Under the pieces are notes generated by a model. The model saw only the letters and a list, made by a program, of their open reading frames with translations. It did not search any database and was not told the DNA's origin. The position numbers were made by a program, and so were the translations under genes. Below are positions 47,427 to 55,059 of a stretch of 55,059 nt of DNA, one piece after another. Source of the stretch: a virus (Duplodnaviria; Caudoviricetes); the IMG/VR virus record IMGVR_UViG_3300032322_000635, positions 1-55,059 of that record. The stretch is one strand, 5' to 3'. How positions within the stretch are numbered: position 1 is the stretch's first letter; each line of letters starts with the position of its first letter.

Positions 47427-48357
47427 TGATATAGATTTTGAGAAGTACTTACATGAGACAGAACAGTATCAGAAGGTTCGTCCAGTAAGTGTATTCATTG
47501 ATGAGCTTGAAGAGAATATTAAAAACCCTAAGCCTGATCTTAAATGTTTTATGCCTTGGGCCAATGCTGAACACTCATTTCATTTTAGGCCAGGAGAGGT
47601 AACAGTTTATGCGGGCAGTAACGGTGGAGGTAAGTCGCTTATTACAGGCCAGGTTGCATTGAGCTTAATTAAGCAGAATCAACGCGTATGTATAGCATCG
47701 TTCGAGATGAAACCAATGAAGACTATCCAGCGCATGATGCGTCAGTTTTCTGGAGAAGATTTAGAGAACCCTCTTATCAAAGATAGAGCTAATCATTTTA
47801 AATCAGTGATTGAAAGATTTAAGAAATTTACAAGTGAAAAGCTTTGGCTATACGATCAGCAAGGAACGATGACGCCCGAACAGATTATTGCGGTGACTAG
47901 ATACTGTGCTATTGAATTAAAAATGCAGCATATGTTTATCGACTCACTTATGAAATGTATGAAGGCAGAAGATGATTACAATTCACAGAAGTCTTTTGTC
48001 GATGAACTTACAGCAATCGCACGCGACCACAATATGCATATACATTTAGTTCATCATATTCGTAAGTTAGGACATCAAGATTTGATGCCATCTAAAACAG
48101 ATTTGAAAGGTAGCGGAGCTATTGCAGATCAAGTGGATAACGTCTTACTTATGCACCGTAACAAAAAGAAAGAGCATGACATAAGCCAAGGAAAAGAAGT
48201 ATCTGATGATGTACCTGACGCTTATCTTATGTGCGAGAAGCAACGTAACGGTGAGCATGAAGATTGGTTCAAGCTTTGGTATCACAATGAGAGTCAACAA
48301 TTTTTAGATAGTGCAGGCGCATTTGTTATGGCGTTTGAGGATGGCGGTAAGTTTTAG
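47407..48357 (+). CDS. DnaB/SF4-like replicative helicase
   Basis: RPGEVTVYAGSNGGGKS (Walker A), SFEM, FIDSL (Walker B), LVHHIRK, DLKGSGAIADQVDN, EKQRNG. Confidence 0.9.
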   Translation: MELLQPNDIDFEKYLHETEQYQKVRPVSVFIDELEENIKNPKPDLKCFMPWANAEHSFHFRPGEVTVYAGSNGGGKSLITGQVALSLIKQNQRVCIASFEMKPMKTIQRMMRQFSGEDLENPLIKDRANHFKSVIERFKKFTSEKLWLYDQQGTMTPEQIIAVTRYCAIELKMQHMFIDSLMKCMKAEDDYNSQKSFVDELTAIARDHNMHIHLVHHIRKLGHQDLMPSKTDLKGSGAIADQVDNVLLMHRNKKKEHDISQGKEVSDDVPDAYLMCEKQRNGEHEDWFKLWYHNESQQFLDSAGAFVMAFEDGGKF

Positions 48358-48563
48358 TGGTAGATAAAGGCAATTGCAGCAAAGAGTTTTTGTATCAATG
48401 CTTAGTGCGCGATGTAATTCAAAAGCGCCTTAAGGATAGATCAGTAGCTCATAACTTTTTAAACGGATGGGAAGATAAGCATCCAAAATCAACATTAAGG
48501 GAGGATGTTATGAATCAATGGCAAAAAGGCAATAGAGGAAGGAAGGGTGAATGGTATGAGTGA
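48357..48563 (+). CDS. Hypothetical protein
   Basis: ORF track; YQCLVR...QW.KGNRG..GEW motif. Confidence 0.6.
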   Translation: MVDKGNCSKEFLYQCLVRDVIQKRLKDRSVAHNFLNGWEDKHPKSTLREDVMNQWQKGNRGRKGEWYE

Positions 48564-48834
48564 TCCAAATAAAAAACTAGTGGAAGCGTTGGAAGCAATG
48601 TGTGAAATCTATGAGCCTGACGACGAGAGTCATGAGAATGATGCAGTAGCTGGTTATGCTATGAACATTCTTGAGACAGTCAAGAAGGAAGTAGAGCTAT
48701 ACAAAGCTAAACCATTGCCTGAAGACGATGTATGGCTATTAGCGCAGGAAATTAATTTGCATGATCCAATGTATCCAATAAATTTTGCAAGAGCTGTAGA
48801 ACGTAAACATGGCATAGGAGATAACAATGGCTGA
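48547..48834 (+). CDS. Hypothetical protein
   Basis: ORF track; FARAVERKHGIG motif. Confidence 0.6.
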   Translation: MNGMSDPNKKLVEALEAMCEIYEPDDESHENDAVAGYAMNILETVKKEVELYKAKPLPEDDVWLLAQEINLHDPMYPINFARAVERKHGIGDNNG

Positions 48835-49087
48835 AGAAAAGAAAAGTAATTTTGCAGACGTATTCTTAGGAAAGACAATTCCACATAACCCTGACTTCAT
48901 TTCAGTTGAAGAGCATAACAGGGAAATGTCTCAATCGTTTGAAGACTTCTTGGCAGTTGTTGATGAAGCTATTGCTAAGGAACGTGAAGCATGCGGAAAG
49001 ATTTGCACTGATAACCCTGAGATGAATGGAAAAGATTTAGCTGACATCATTCTTAGACGCAAGCCAAAGATTGAAGTCCATGATTGA
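48827..49087 (+). CDS. Hypothetical protein
   Basis: AGGAG RBS; EREAC..IC motif. Confidence 0.6.
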   Translation: MAEEKKSNFADVFLGKTIPHNPDFISVEEHNREMSQSFEDFLAVVDEAIAKEREACGKICTDNPEMNGKDLADIILRRKPKIEVHD

Positions 49088-49433
49088 GCTTGAGCTGCCG
49101 TTCCCTCCCTCAGTGAATACTTATTGGCGCAACTTCCAAGGGCGCATGTTGATTAGTAAAAAGGGTCGCGAGTATCGCAAGACAGTGGCCGATATAGTTT
49201 TACTTAATAGAGCTGCAAAACATTATCAGGGCAAAATTAAGATGACTATTGAGGCCTGGCGTCCCGATGAAAGGAAAAGAGACTTAGATAATTTATTGAA
49301 GGCACCACTTGACGCATTGACCCATGCTGGCGTATATTTAGATGATCATTTAATAGTACATTTAACAATATACTGGGCAGATGATAAAGGCGGTAAATTA
49401 AACGTTAAAATAGAGGAGATACAAAATGTATAA
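49080..49433 (+). CDS. rusA: RusA-like Holliday junction resolvase
   Basis: LPFPPSVNTYWR, RDLDNLLKA..DAL..AG...DD. Confidence 0.9.
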   Translation: MIELELPFPPSVNTYWRNFQGRMLISKKGREYRKTVADIVLLNRAAKHYQGKIKMTIEAWRPDERKRDLDNLLKAPLDALTHAGVYLDDHLIVHLTIYWADDKGGKLNVKIEEIQNV

Positions 49434-49758
49434 AGGAAGAGACCCACACAAAGCAGTAGACTGGATGATAGAGAATGCTGAAAACATTTCTAAAGCCAAA
49501 GGAACATTAACGCAGCTCGAAGAGTATACAAAATCTTTAAGAGCTATTCTTATGAAGCAAAGCATGGAGACGTCATTAGGCGCCCAGGAACGTGAAGCTT
49601 TAGCACATCCACAATATATAGACCATCTCAAGTCAGTTGCAATAGCTGTAGAAGAATACGAAAAGCTTCGTCACTTCTATTCAGTTGCACAAACTGTTAT
49701 TGATGTATGGCGTACAGAACAATCAAATTTAAGAGCTGAGGGAAGGGTAACAATATGA
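49426..49758 (+). CDS. Conserved coiled-coil phage protein
   Basis: AGGAG RBS; QEREALAHPQY and IDVWRTEQ motifs. Confidence 0.65.
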   Translation: MYKGRDPHKAVDWMIENAENISKAKGTLTQLEEYTKSLRAILMKQSMETSLGAQEREALAHPQYIDHLKSVAIAVEEYEKLRHFYSVAQTVIDVWRTEQSNLRAEGRVTI

Positions 49759-50018
49759 TAAAAAAATCATTTAAAGTAAAAGAAAAAGTAGATATAGATT
49801 TTACAGACGTCTTGTTATTTATATTGGTTATTCCAGTATACGTAGGATTGGTAGACGCTTTTGTTTATGCAGTTTCAGGACGCACACTTTCAGATATGGA
49901 ATGGACCTGGCAGCGCGTATTGCTTGTAATCTTCTTTTTAGTTTTTCGTATTATGGCAGTTAAAGGACGCGAACAAGCTAGGGCTAAAAAAGAAGGAGAG
50001 ATTAAAGATGTCAACTAA
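49755..50018 (+). CDS. Two-TM membrane protein
   Basis: Two hydrophobic stretches. Confidence 0.6.
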   Translation: MIKKSFKVKEKVDIDFTDVLLFILVIPVYVGLVDAFVYAVSGRTLSDMEWTWQRVLLVIFFLVFRIMAVKGREQARAKKEGEIKDVN

Positions 50019-50235
50019 TCAAGAACCAATGAATAATGTTGAGTTGCGTGAATACTACACAACACACGCTCTTAAAAATAAAATTAACATTGATTACGAT
50101 AAGTTTGTAATGTTGGTTAGAAGTATTGAAGAGCATCATGACATTTATCAAGACTTAGCAGCACAAGATGCATTGGAAAACATTGAGCATCAAATTATAG
50201 CCAGAGCATGTCGCAATGGCGTTTGTGAGGATTAA
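50008..50235 (+). CDS. Hypothetical protein
   Basis: AAGGAG RBS; ends ACRNGVCED. Confidence 0.6.
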   Translation: MSTNQEPMNNVELREYYTTHALKNKINIDYDKFVMLVRSIEEHHDIYQDLAAQDALENIEHQIIARACRNGVCED

Positions 50236-50238
50236 ATC

Positions 50239-50421
50239 ATGGCAGAATTTGTAGCAGTATTCTTGTTGTACACATTTAAAGCAGCATGGTATTGGTGGTT
50301 TGCATTTGCAGCCTTAATTAGCTTGGAAGCTTGGGCCGAGTATCGTAAAATTATGAGAACTTGGAAGCTGAGAGAAAAAGCGCAGCCTAAAAAAACTTGG
50401 AAAGAAACTAAACATGATTAA
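50239..50421 (+). CDS. Small membrane protein
   Basis: GAGGA RBS; hydrophobic N-terminal half. Confidence 0.55.
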   Translation: MAEFVAVFLLYTFKAAWYWWFAFAALISLEAWAEYRKIMRTWKLREKAQPKKTWKETKHD

Positions 50422-50623
50422 GTTAACTAACATGTCACAGGGCCACAGACATAACACGCTTCTTCTAAACCCAAGGCACATACTATCTGTGTTTGAGATA
50501 GAACTTGATGAAGAGAAGCAAACTTCTGTGTATACAGTAACACAGCAATCATGGAATGTTAAAGAGTCGCTTGATGAAATTTATACGATGATAAATAAAG
50601 GAAACTATGATGACGCTTCTTAA
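50414..50623 (+). CDS. FlbD/SwrD-like small protein
   Basis: MIKLT...LLNP.HI..V....T.V......VKES.DEI pattern. Confidence 0.55.
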   Translation: MIKLTNMSQGHRHNTLLLNPRHILSVFEIELDEEKQTSVYTVTQQSWNVKESLDEIYTMINKGNYDDAS

Positions 50624-50699
50624 AATTATTTTATTCGCATTGGTTGTTTTAATTTTTTGCGCTGTAGTAAATTCTATAAACTAAAGTCTTTAACTAGTT

Positions 50700-50990
50700 T
50701 TGACTAAAGACGAAAAGAAACATCTATCAAATCTTGCAGATTTAGGCTGCATACTTTGTGCAGTCCAGGGCAACCCAGGAACCCCAGCAGAGATTCATCA
50801 TCCGCGCAAGGGAACTGGGATGTCTATGAAGGCAAGTCACTTTGACGCAATCCCATTATGTGTATATCATCATAGAAGCTCAGAAGGTTTACATGGCCTA
50901 GGCACCAAAGGATTTAAGCGCGTGTACAGTCTTGATGAAGCAGAGTTGTTAATATTAACTAAGAAAGCATTGGAGCTAAATCATGGATGA
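50700..50990 (+). CDS. Ref-like (RecA-dependent) HNH-type nuclease
   Basis: LGCILC, PAEIHH, IPLC..HH, HG.G motifs; TTG start. Confidence 0.65.
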   Translation: MTKDEKKHLSNLADLGCILCAVQGNPGTPAEIHHPRKGTGMSMKASHFDAIPLCVYHHRSSEGLHGLGTKGFKRVYSLDEAELLILTKKALELNHG

Positions 50991-51180
50991 AGAAGTTAAA
51001 AAAGCAGATTTATTTTTGGATAGTAATGGCGATATGATCTTCGTTGATGAAGATGGTAAAGAATATTTACTGACACCAATACGTGAAGAACAAGAGCTAG
51101 CAGAGCTAGAAGAAAGTCTCCGCAAAAAAGAAGCCTTTAGCAGTTACATTGATATTATCTCTTCAAGAACTCTTCACTAG
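50983..51180 (+). CDS. Acidic hypothetical protein
   Basis: ORF track; GGAG RBS. Confidence 0.55.
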   Translation: MDEEVKKADLFLDSNGDMIFVDEDGKEYLLTPIREEQELAELEESLRKKEAFSSYIDIISSRTLH

Positions 51181-51273
51181 TGACAACGTTTGACATTTTT
51201 TTGTTAGTCATCTTCTTGACGTTTTTTTTAATAGGCTTCGTATCGGGCTACGTTATTCATAAGGAGTTTGGCG

Positions 51274-51516
51274 ATGGCGAGAGTACTGATTAATCATTAT
51301 CGCAACGTAGCTATCGAATGCAGCCGCAAAGATAAGTGGTCAGTCCTAGTCGTAGGATGGGCGCCAGTAAGAAGAGTTAAGGTGCTTAACAGCGAAGTCG
51401 ACAAAGAGTGGAAGACGTTTGACTACGATTTAAATAGCGCGATTGATCGTATGGTTAACAGTGCGATAGAAGATACGGCCGCCGCAGAGCTCAAAAAGAT
51501 TAGGCAGCATTCATGA
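51274..51516 (+). CDS. Hypothetical protein
   Basis: AAGGAG RBS 7 nt before ATG 51274. Confidence 0.6.
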   Translation: MARVLINHYRNVAIECSRKDKWSVLVVGWAPVRRVKVLNSEVDKEWKTFDYDLNSAIDRMVNSAIEDTAAAELKKIRQHS

Positions 51517-51595
51517 TTTTACTGATGGTTTTGTCTGTATAAACAGATAATCTTATTTTTACAGGCAAATTGCTTGGATAACAAAGGATAATATT

Positions 51596-51667
51596 ATGTG
51601 GACAACTCCAGCTGCAACAGAAATGAGATTTGGCTTCGAAGTAACTATGTACGTAATGAACAAGTAA
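51596..51667 (+). CDS. pqqA: Pyrroloquinoline quinone precursor peptide PqqA (23 aa)
   Basis: Manual translation MWTTPAATEMRFGFEVTMYVMNK: W.xP...RFGFEV.xY consensus with the E-x3-Y pair; AAAGGA RBS; not in the ORF track. Confidence 0.95.
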   Translation: MWTTPAATEMRFGFEVTMYVMNK

Positions 51668-51712
51668 TTGATATTTACAGGCTCATAGCTAGTCTATGTG
51701 ACTGTGTTTAAG

Positions 51713-51733
51713 GGGAGCTTCGGCTCCCTTTTT
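51713..51733 (+). terminator. Intrinsic terminator after pqqA
   Basis: GGGAGC-TTCG-GCTCCC followed by TTTTT. Confidence 0.85.
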
Positions 51734-51828
51734 ATTGCCTATTTTTTAAGCAATTATCCCTACACCCTATTTTCCCAAAAAGCAACATATTTATATAATA
51801 TTTTATTAAATTATTTACCTCCAGGGTA

Positions 51829-51857
51829 TTGTAATCCTTACTTGTTTAACCTAATAT
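51829..51857 (+). promoter_or_regulatory. Sigma70-like promoter for the small-ORF block
   Basis: TTGTAA-N17-TAATAT with a very AT-rich upstream tract. Confidence 0.6.
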
Positions 51858-51908
51858 TACACATAGCAACACATTATTAACTTAAATACAAAGAAAGAGA
51901 AGATACAT

Positions 51909-52193
51909 ATGAATACATTAGTAAACTATAAAGTACCAGCAGTAGATACTTTAGGTGACCTCCTAGCTCGTATATCTGAATTACAAGCTGAAGCTGACCT
52001 TATCAAAGACGCTTTAAAAGCTGAAGGCCCAGGCGCTTACGAAGGCTCACAATTCAAAGCCAACGTAATCGTTTCAAACCGTTCAAACATCGACTTCAAA
52101 CAAGTATTTGCAGAATGCTCAGTACCAGCTGAGGTTATTGCCCGCAATACTAAGGTTCAAGAAGTTGTTTCAGTCAAACTAACATCAAGATAA
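51909..52193 (+). CDS. Hypothetical protein (first of the early-type small-ORF block)
   Basis: ORF track; VDTLGDLLARISEL coiled coil. Confidence 0.7.
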   Translation: MNTLVNYKVPAVDTLGDLLARISELQAEADLIKDALKAEGPGAYEGSQFKANVIVSNRSNIDFKQVFAECSVPAEVIARNTKVQEVVSVKLTSR

Positions 52194-52203
52194 GGGGAAG
52201 ATC

Positions 52204-52386
52204 ATGACAGCAAAAAGATACACAGTAACATTGTTTGGATTAGGTGGTGCGCTTGCTACAGTTGACTCAGAACATCCTTGGCATCCAACTAACTGGTCCA
52301 CAGAGCGTGGTGACCTTGTGCAAGTGTACGATCGTTTAGAAGGCGATTTTCTTCCTGACTATTACATTCAAAAGGACGGTGAATAA
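52204..52386 (+). CDS. Hypothetical protein
   Basis: AAGGGG RBS. Confidence 0.6.
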   Translation: MTAKRYTVTLFGLGGALATVDSEHPWHPTNWSTERGDLVQVYDRLEGDFLPDYYIQKDGE

Positions 52387-52679
52387 TGACTACATTAAAA
52401 CTACAACTTATGCAAATCTTAAACAAACTACCATCACGCAAACACGCGATGGTTTTTGTTGACGCTTTAAAAGAAGCTGAGCACAACATCAAAAAAGAAG
52501 GCATCGTAGATCCAACGCTCAATGAAGTAATGTCAGAAGTTGTTGGCGTGCTTGATGGCTGGATAGAATCAATTAATTACAGATACGCTGACCCAACTGA
52601 CAGCCACAAAAAAGGTAAGTTTGACGACGCAATCGGCGAAACTTTTAACATTTTTCAAAGCCTTGGCTTTAACTATTAA
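52386..52679 (+). CDS. Hypothetical protein
   Basis: TAATG coupling; AAGGA RBS. Confidence 0.6.
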   Translation: MTTLKLQLMQILNKLPSRKHAMVFVDALKEAEHNIKKEGIVDPTLNEVMSEVVGVLDGWIESINYRYADPTDSHKKGKFDDAIGETFNIFQSLGFNY

Positions 52680-52689
52680 GGAGCTGCAC

Positions 52690-52959
52690 ATGAAAACATT
52701 TTCAAGATCACAATTAATGAAGGCCATGGGTAAAAAGTACCCTGGCGTATGGACTAAAGAAAGCGAGCTCTTCAACGGATCTAAGGGCGCTATATGGACT
52801 GGCGAAGGTGCAGAAATGCCTGACGATGACGAGGCCTTTAATCATTATCGCCGCGACTTTGAGATGGGTGTCCATCCTGAGTTGTACGAATACCTCAACG
52901 CACGTGGATGGCACTGCGAGTGGCACGACGGCGGCACAATCTTAATCTATAAAAACTAA
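52690..52959 (+). CDS. Hypothetical protein
   Basis: Start moved to ATG 52690 behind AAGGAG; GW..EW.D.GT C-terminal motif. Confidence 0.65.
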   Translation: MKTFSRSQLMKAMGKKYPGVWTKESELFNGSKGAIWTGEGAEMPDDDEAFNHYRRDFEMGVHPELYEYLNARGWHCEWHDGGTILIYKN

Positions 52960-52969
52960 GGAGATCAAC

Positions 52970-53164
52970 ATGCAATATTATTATGCGATTACAGACAGCG
53001 ACATAATTGACCTAGGCATGCACAGTTCGCCAAGCAAGGCTGATTACTTAGCCGTTGATACATACAACATACATTGCGCTCGTTTTGGTTATGTTGTTGT
53101 TAGTCACAAACAATTAGAAGCAATTAAAAATAAACTTGAAACCCGTGGCGTTGGAATTTACTAA
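52970..53164 (+). CDS. Hypothetical protein
   Basis: AAGGAG RBS. Confidence 0.6.
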   Translation: MQYYYAITDSDIIDLGMHSSPSKADYLAVDTYNIHCARFGYVVVSHKQLEAIKNKLETRGVGIY

Positions 53165-53174
53165 GGAGATTAAT

Positions 53175-53345
53175 ATGAATCAACAAAAATATAATTGGAT
53201 TGCAATAACGATTGAGACGGCGGTTGAGAAGGGTATCATGTTAGATGCTAAAGCAATATCAAATGTGTTTAACGTGACGCTCAAAGAAGCTAACGATATT
53301 ATCTGTGACTATTTTGAATACAAATTAAGCGAGGGTACAAAATGA
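53175..53345 (+). CDS. Hypothetical protein
   Basis: Start moved to ATG 53175 behind AAGGAG. Confidence 0.6.
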   Translation: MNQQKYNWIAITIETAVEKGIMLDAKAISNVFNVTLKEANDIICDYFEYKLSEGTK

Positions 53346-53590
53346 TTTCAACTAACGATATTAAAAAAGGCATGCCAATCAAACTTAAAAGCGGTTGGTG
53401 TGCAGTGATGATGGATAACAAACGCGGCAACGTGCGCATGGCTGAAGTAGACGGCATATTCAAAGAGATCGGCAGCATCTATGCATCCGAGATCATAGAA
53501 GCGTTTGTGGATGGTCAATGGCAATATGTAACGCACTCAATGCGCAAGGGCCACGCTCAAATACCTAACTTTTTATACGGAGGATTTTAA
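53342..53590 (+). CDS. Hypothetical protein (SH3-like beta fold possible)
   Basis: DIKKG..I.L..GW...MMDNKRGN.R..EV.G...E.GS.Y pattern. Confidence 0.6.
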   Translation: MISTNDIKKGMPIKLKSGWCAVMMDNKRGNVRMAEVDGIFKEIGSIYASEIIEAFVDGQWQYVTHSMRKGHAQIPNFLYGGF

Positions 53591-53591
53591 A

Positions 53592-53816
53592 ATGAATCAA
53601 GACGACTTAGATGTACTAAAGCAATACATAGACGCACGTGCTAGGAACGGTTACTCAGACGAAGAGTTGTTTGAGATGCAAGCATCGTTCGGGCCCGACG
53701 AAGAAGTGGTTGACATCTTCACTGGCCAAACTATTGACCTGCATCGAAAGAATATGGTTGATGCATTGGTTGACATGGGTAAATTTGAAATGATCTTTAT
53801 TAAAGACAAGTCATAG
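53592..53816 (+). CDS. Hypothetical protein
   Basis: GGAGGA RBS; EMQASFG...VVDIFTG motif. Confidence 0.6.
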   Translation: MNQDDLDVLKQYIDARARNGYSDEELFEMQASFGPDEEVVDIFTGQTIDLHRKNMVDALVDMGKFEMIFIKDKS

Positions 53817-53953
53817 TGGATTCACTTGCTTTTTGGGGTAGTTGCGTTATATTTATATTCTTCGGTGGCGCTTTAATTCTAATGATCATCATTTCAATAA
53901 TACAAGTTGAACTCACAGAATGGCGCCGTCGAAAACTTAAAAAAAGAAAATGA
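53816..53953 (+). CDS. Small single-TM protein (45 aa)
   Basis: Manual translation; GTG overlaps the upstream stop; hydrophobic helix then RRRKLKKRK. Confidence 0.45.
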   Translation: MDSLAFWGSCVIFIFFGGALILMIIISIIQVELTEWRRRKLKKRK

Positions 53954-54132
53954 TTCCATTCAAATACATTGTGTACATAGATGGCATGGCAATAAGAAAG
54001 TTTCGCGATAAAAACGCAGCTCAATATTTCTGCGATGGCAATGCGAACGCATCCCTCGAAAGAATCCCGCAAGAAAAAATTCCCCCGAAAGAAAAACTCA
54101 ATACAAACGATTATCCTGAATGCTTATTCTAA
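53950..54132 (+). CDS. Hypothetical protein
   Basis: ORF track; contains the second iteron pair. Confidence 0.55.
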   Translation: MIPFKYIVYIDGMAIRKFRDKNAAQYFCDGNANASLERIPQEKIPPKEKLNTNDYPECLF

Positions 54133-54140
54133 TAAATCAC

Positions 54141-54169
54141 TAGACATAACTCATTAGTTGCTTTAGCTT
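54141..54169 (+). promoter_or_regulatory. Candidate promoter for the terS/late operon
   Basis: TAGACA-N17-TAGCTT upstream of the AAGGA RBS of terS. Confidence 0.4.
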
Positions 54170-54196
54170 TACTGAATTCTATTAAGGACTGAAAAT

Positions 54197-54745
54197 ATGT
54201 CTGAATCAAGTAAAGAACAAGTAAGTGCATCCTCTACAGTAGAGAGTAACAACTCATCTCCTACCCAATCCAAACATGCAGGTGGTAGACCTACCAAATA
54301 CAATCTTAAGATTGCTCTCGAGATCTGCGATAGGCTATCAGACGGTGAGTCTCTTGCAACTATTTGCAAGGACGAGCGTATGCCGAAGAAGACGGCTGTG
54401 TATGAGTGGCTGCTGCGCCACCAAGAGTTTACGGACATGTACGCGCGCGCGAGGGAAGACCAAGCTGACTCCATGGCTGATTCGATTGTGGCCATAGCTG
54501 ACGAGAAGCCAACGCTGCTGTACGACGATAAAGGTAACGGCAAGGTGGATAACGCATTCGTGGCCTGGCAGAAGAACCGCATAGACGCACGCAAGTGGAC
54601 GGCTGCTAAGTTGAAGCCGCGCAAATACTCTGATCGCATTGCTCACGAAGGTGTGGCCGATGGTGATCCAATTAAGTTAGACGTATCTATCTTTGACGCA
54701 CTCGTACAGAACTTAGAGTTGAAGCGTCAGAACAAAGACGAATGA
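54197..54745 (+). CDS. terS: Terminase small subunit (Sf6/P22-like)
   Basis: GRPTKY...ICDRLSDGESL..IC....MP...VYEWL...F..MYARARE.QAD, RIDARKW.AAKLKPRKY; upstream of terL. Confidence 0.9.
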   Translation: MSESSKEQVSASSTVESNNSSPTQSKHAGGRPTKYNLKIALEICDRLSDGESLATICKDERMPKKTAVYEWLLRHQEFTDMYARAREDQADSMADSIVAIADEKPTLLYDDKGNGKVDNAFVAWQKNRIDARKWTAAKLKPRKYSDRIAHEGVADGDPIKLDVSIFDALVQNLELKRQNKDE

Positions 54746-54894
54746 TCCCCGAGAAAGAAGAGATCGAGTCATACGAGCTAGATGATGGACAGCTTGATGA
54801 GAAGCAGCACGCAAAGATAAAGAAGCTTGTAAGCTACGAGCTAGATAAGTCGACAGGCGAGGTCGTAAGGTTGTTTGATGACGAGCGTAGCTGA
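54742..54894 (+). CDS. Small acidic hypothetical protein (50 aa) between terS and terL
   Basis: Manual translation; ATGA overlap with the terS stop. Confidence 0.45.
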   Translation: MIPEKEEIESYELDDGQLDEKQHAKIKKLVSYELDKSTGEVVRLFDDERS

Positions 54895-55059
54895 GTTACT
54901 TAAAGACGATGATGTAAAGCGTAAGTTCTTAGCGTTACCCAAAGCACAACAGCTTGGATATGCGTGGAGAACAAAGTGGTTAAGCCAGGCGCATGATCAT
55001 CAGATATTGCCTCCAGGTGATTGGGCCATATGGTTATTGTTAGGCGGCCGCGGAGCTGG
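54878..55059 (+). CDS. terL: Terminase large subunit (5' part, continues into the start of the window)
   Basis: ATG 54878 opens MTSVAELLKDDDVKRKFLALPKAQQLGYAW...HQILPPGDW, in frame with the ORF at the start of the window. Confidence 0.9.
   Translation, partial: MTSVAELLKDDDVKRKFLALPKAQQLGYAWRTKWLSQAHDHQILPPGDWAIWLLLGGRGA
54937..55059. repeat. Terminal direct repeat, copy 2
   Basis: Identical to 1-123. Confidence 0.97.

Noticed and set aside
51698-51880. 60-aa ORF from the track
   Set aside because: It spans the pqqA terminator and an AT-rich promoter region and has no RBS; likely non-coding
54169-54646. Minus-strand ORFs of 156 and 102 aa
   Set aside because: They are antisense to the well-supported terS in a locally GC-rich stretch with few stop codons

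Overview
The window is an apparently complete, circularly assembled tailed-phage genome of about 54,936 bp. Bases 1-123 are repeated exactly at 54937-55059, and the terminase large subunit runs across that junction. The + strand from ~54.2 kb, wrapping to 41.06 kb, carries the packaging and virion module: TerS, TerL, a 1354-aa multidomain protein, portal, GroES-like co-chaperonin, scaffold, major capsid protein, fibres, holin and M15 endolysin, podovirus-type tail adaptor/nozzle, and five probable ejection proteins. A leftward recombination/nuclease operon occupies 41.06-45.8 kb. A rightward lambdoid-style replication operon (Cro/YdaS, DUF1376 initiator, DnaB-like helicase, RusA) and a block of small early-type ORFs follow. 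I found no integrase, CI repressor, DNA polymerase, tRNA or CRISPR array. Most notable: (1) a 23-codon pqqA (PQQ precursor peptide) missed by the ORF track, in a self-contained cassette and suggesting a Methylophilaceae host; (2) a recurring [FYMLK]-[KA]-x-G-G motif (~24 copies in six late proteins) that borders domains and may be a processing or packaging tag; (3) a compact double-pseudoknot RNA-like element with three GAC junctions after the capsid gene; (4) an 11-bp iteron array in the initiator gene with a second copy just upstream of terS. All family calls are from motif recognition by eye; no database searches were run.
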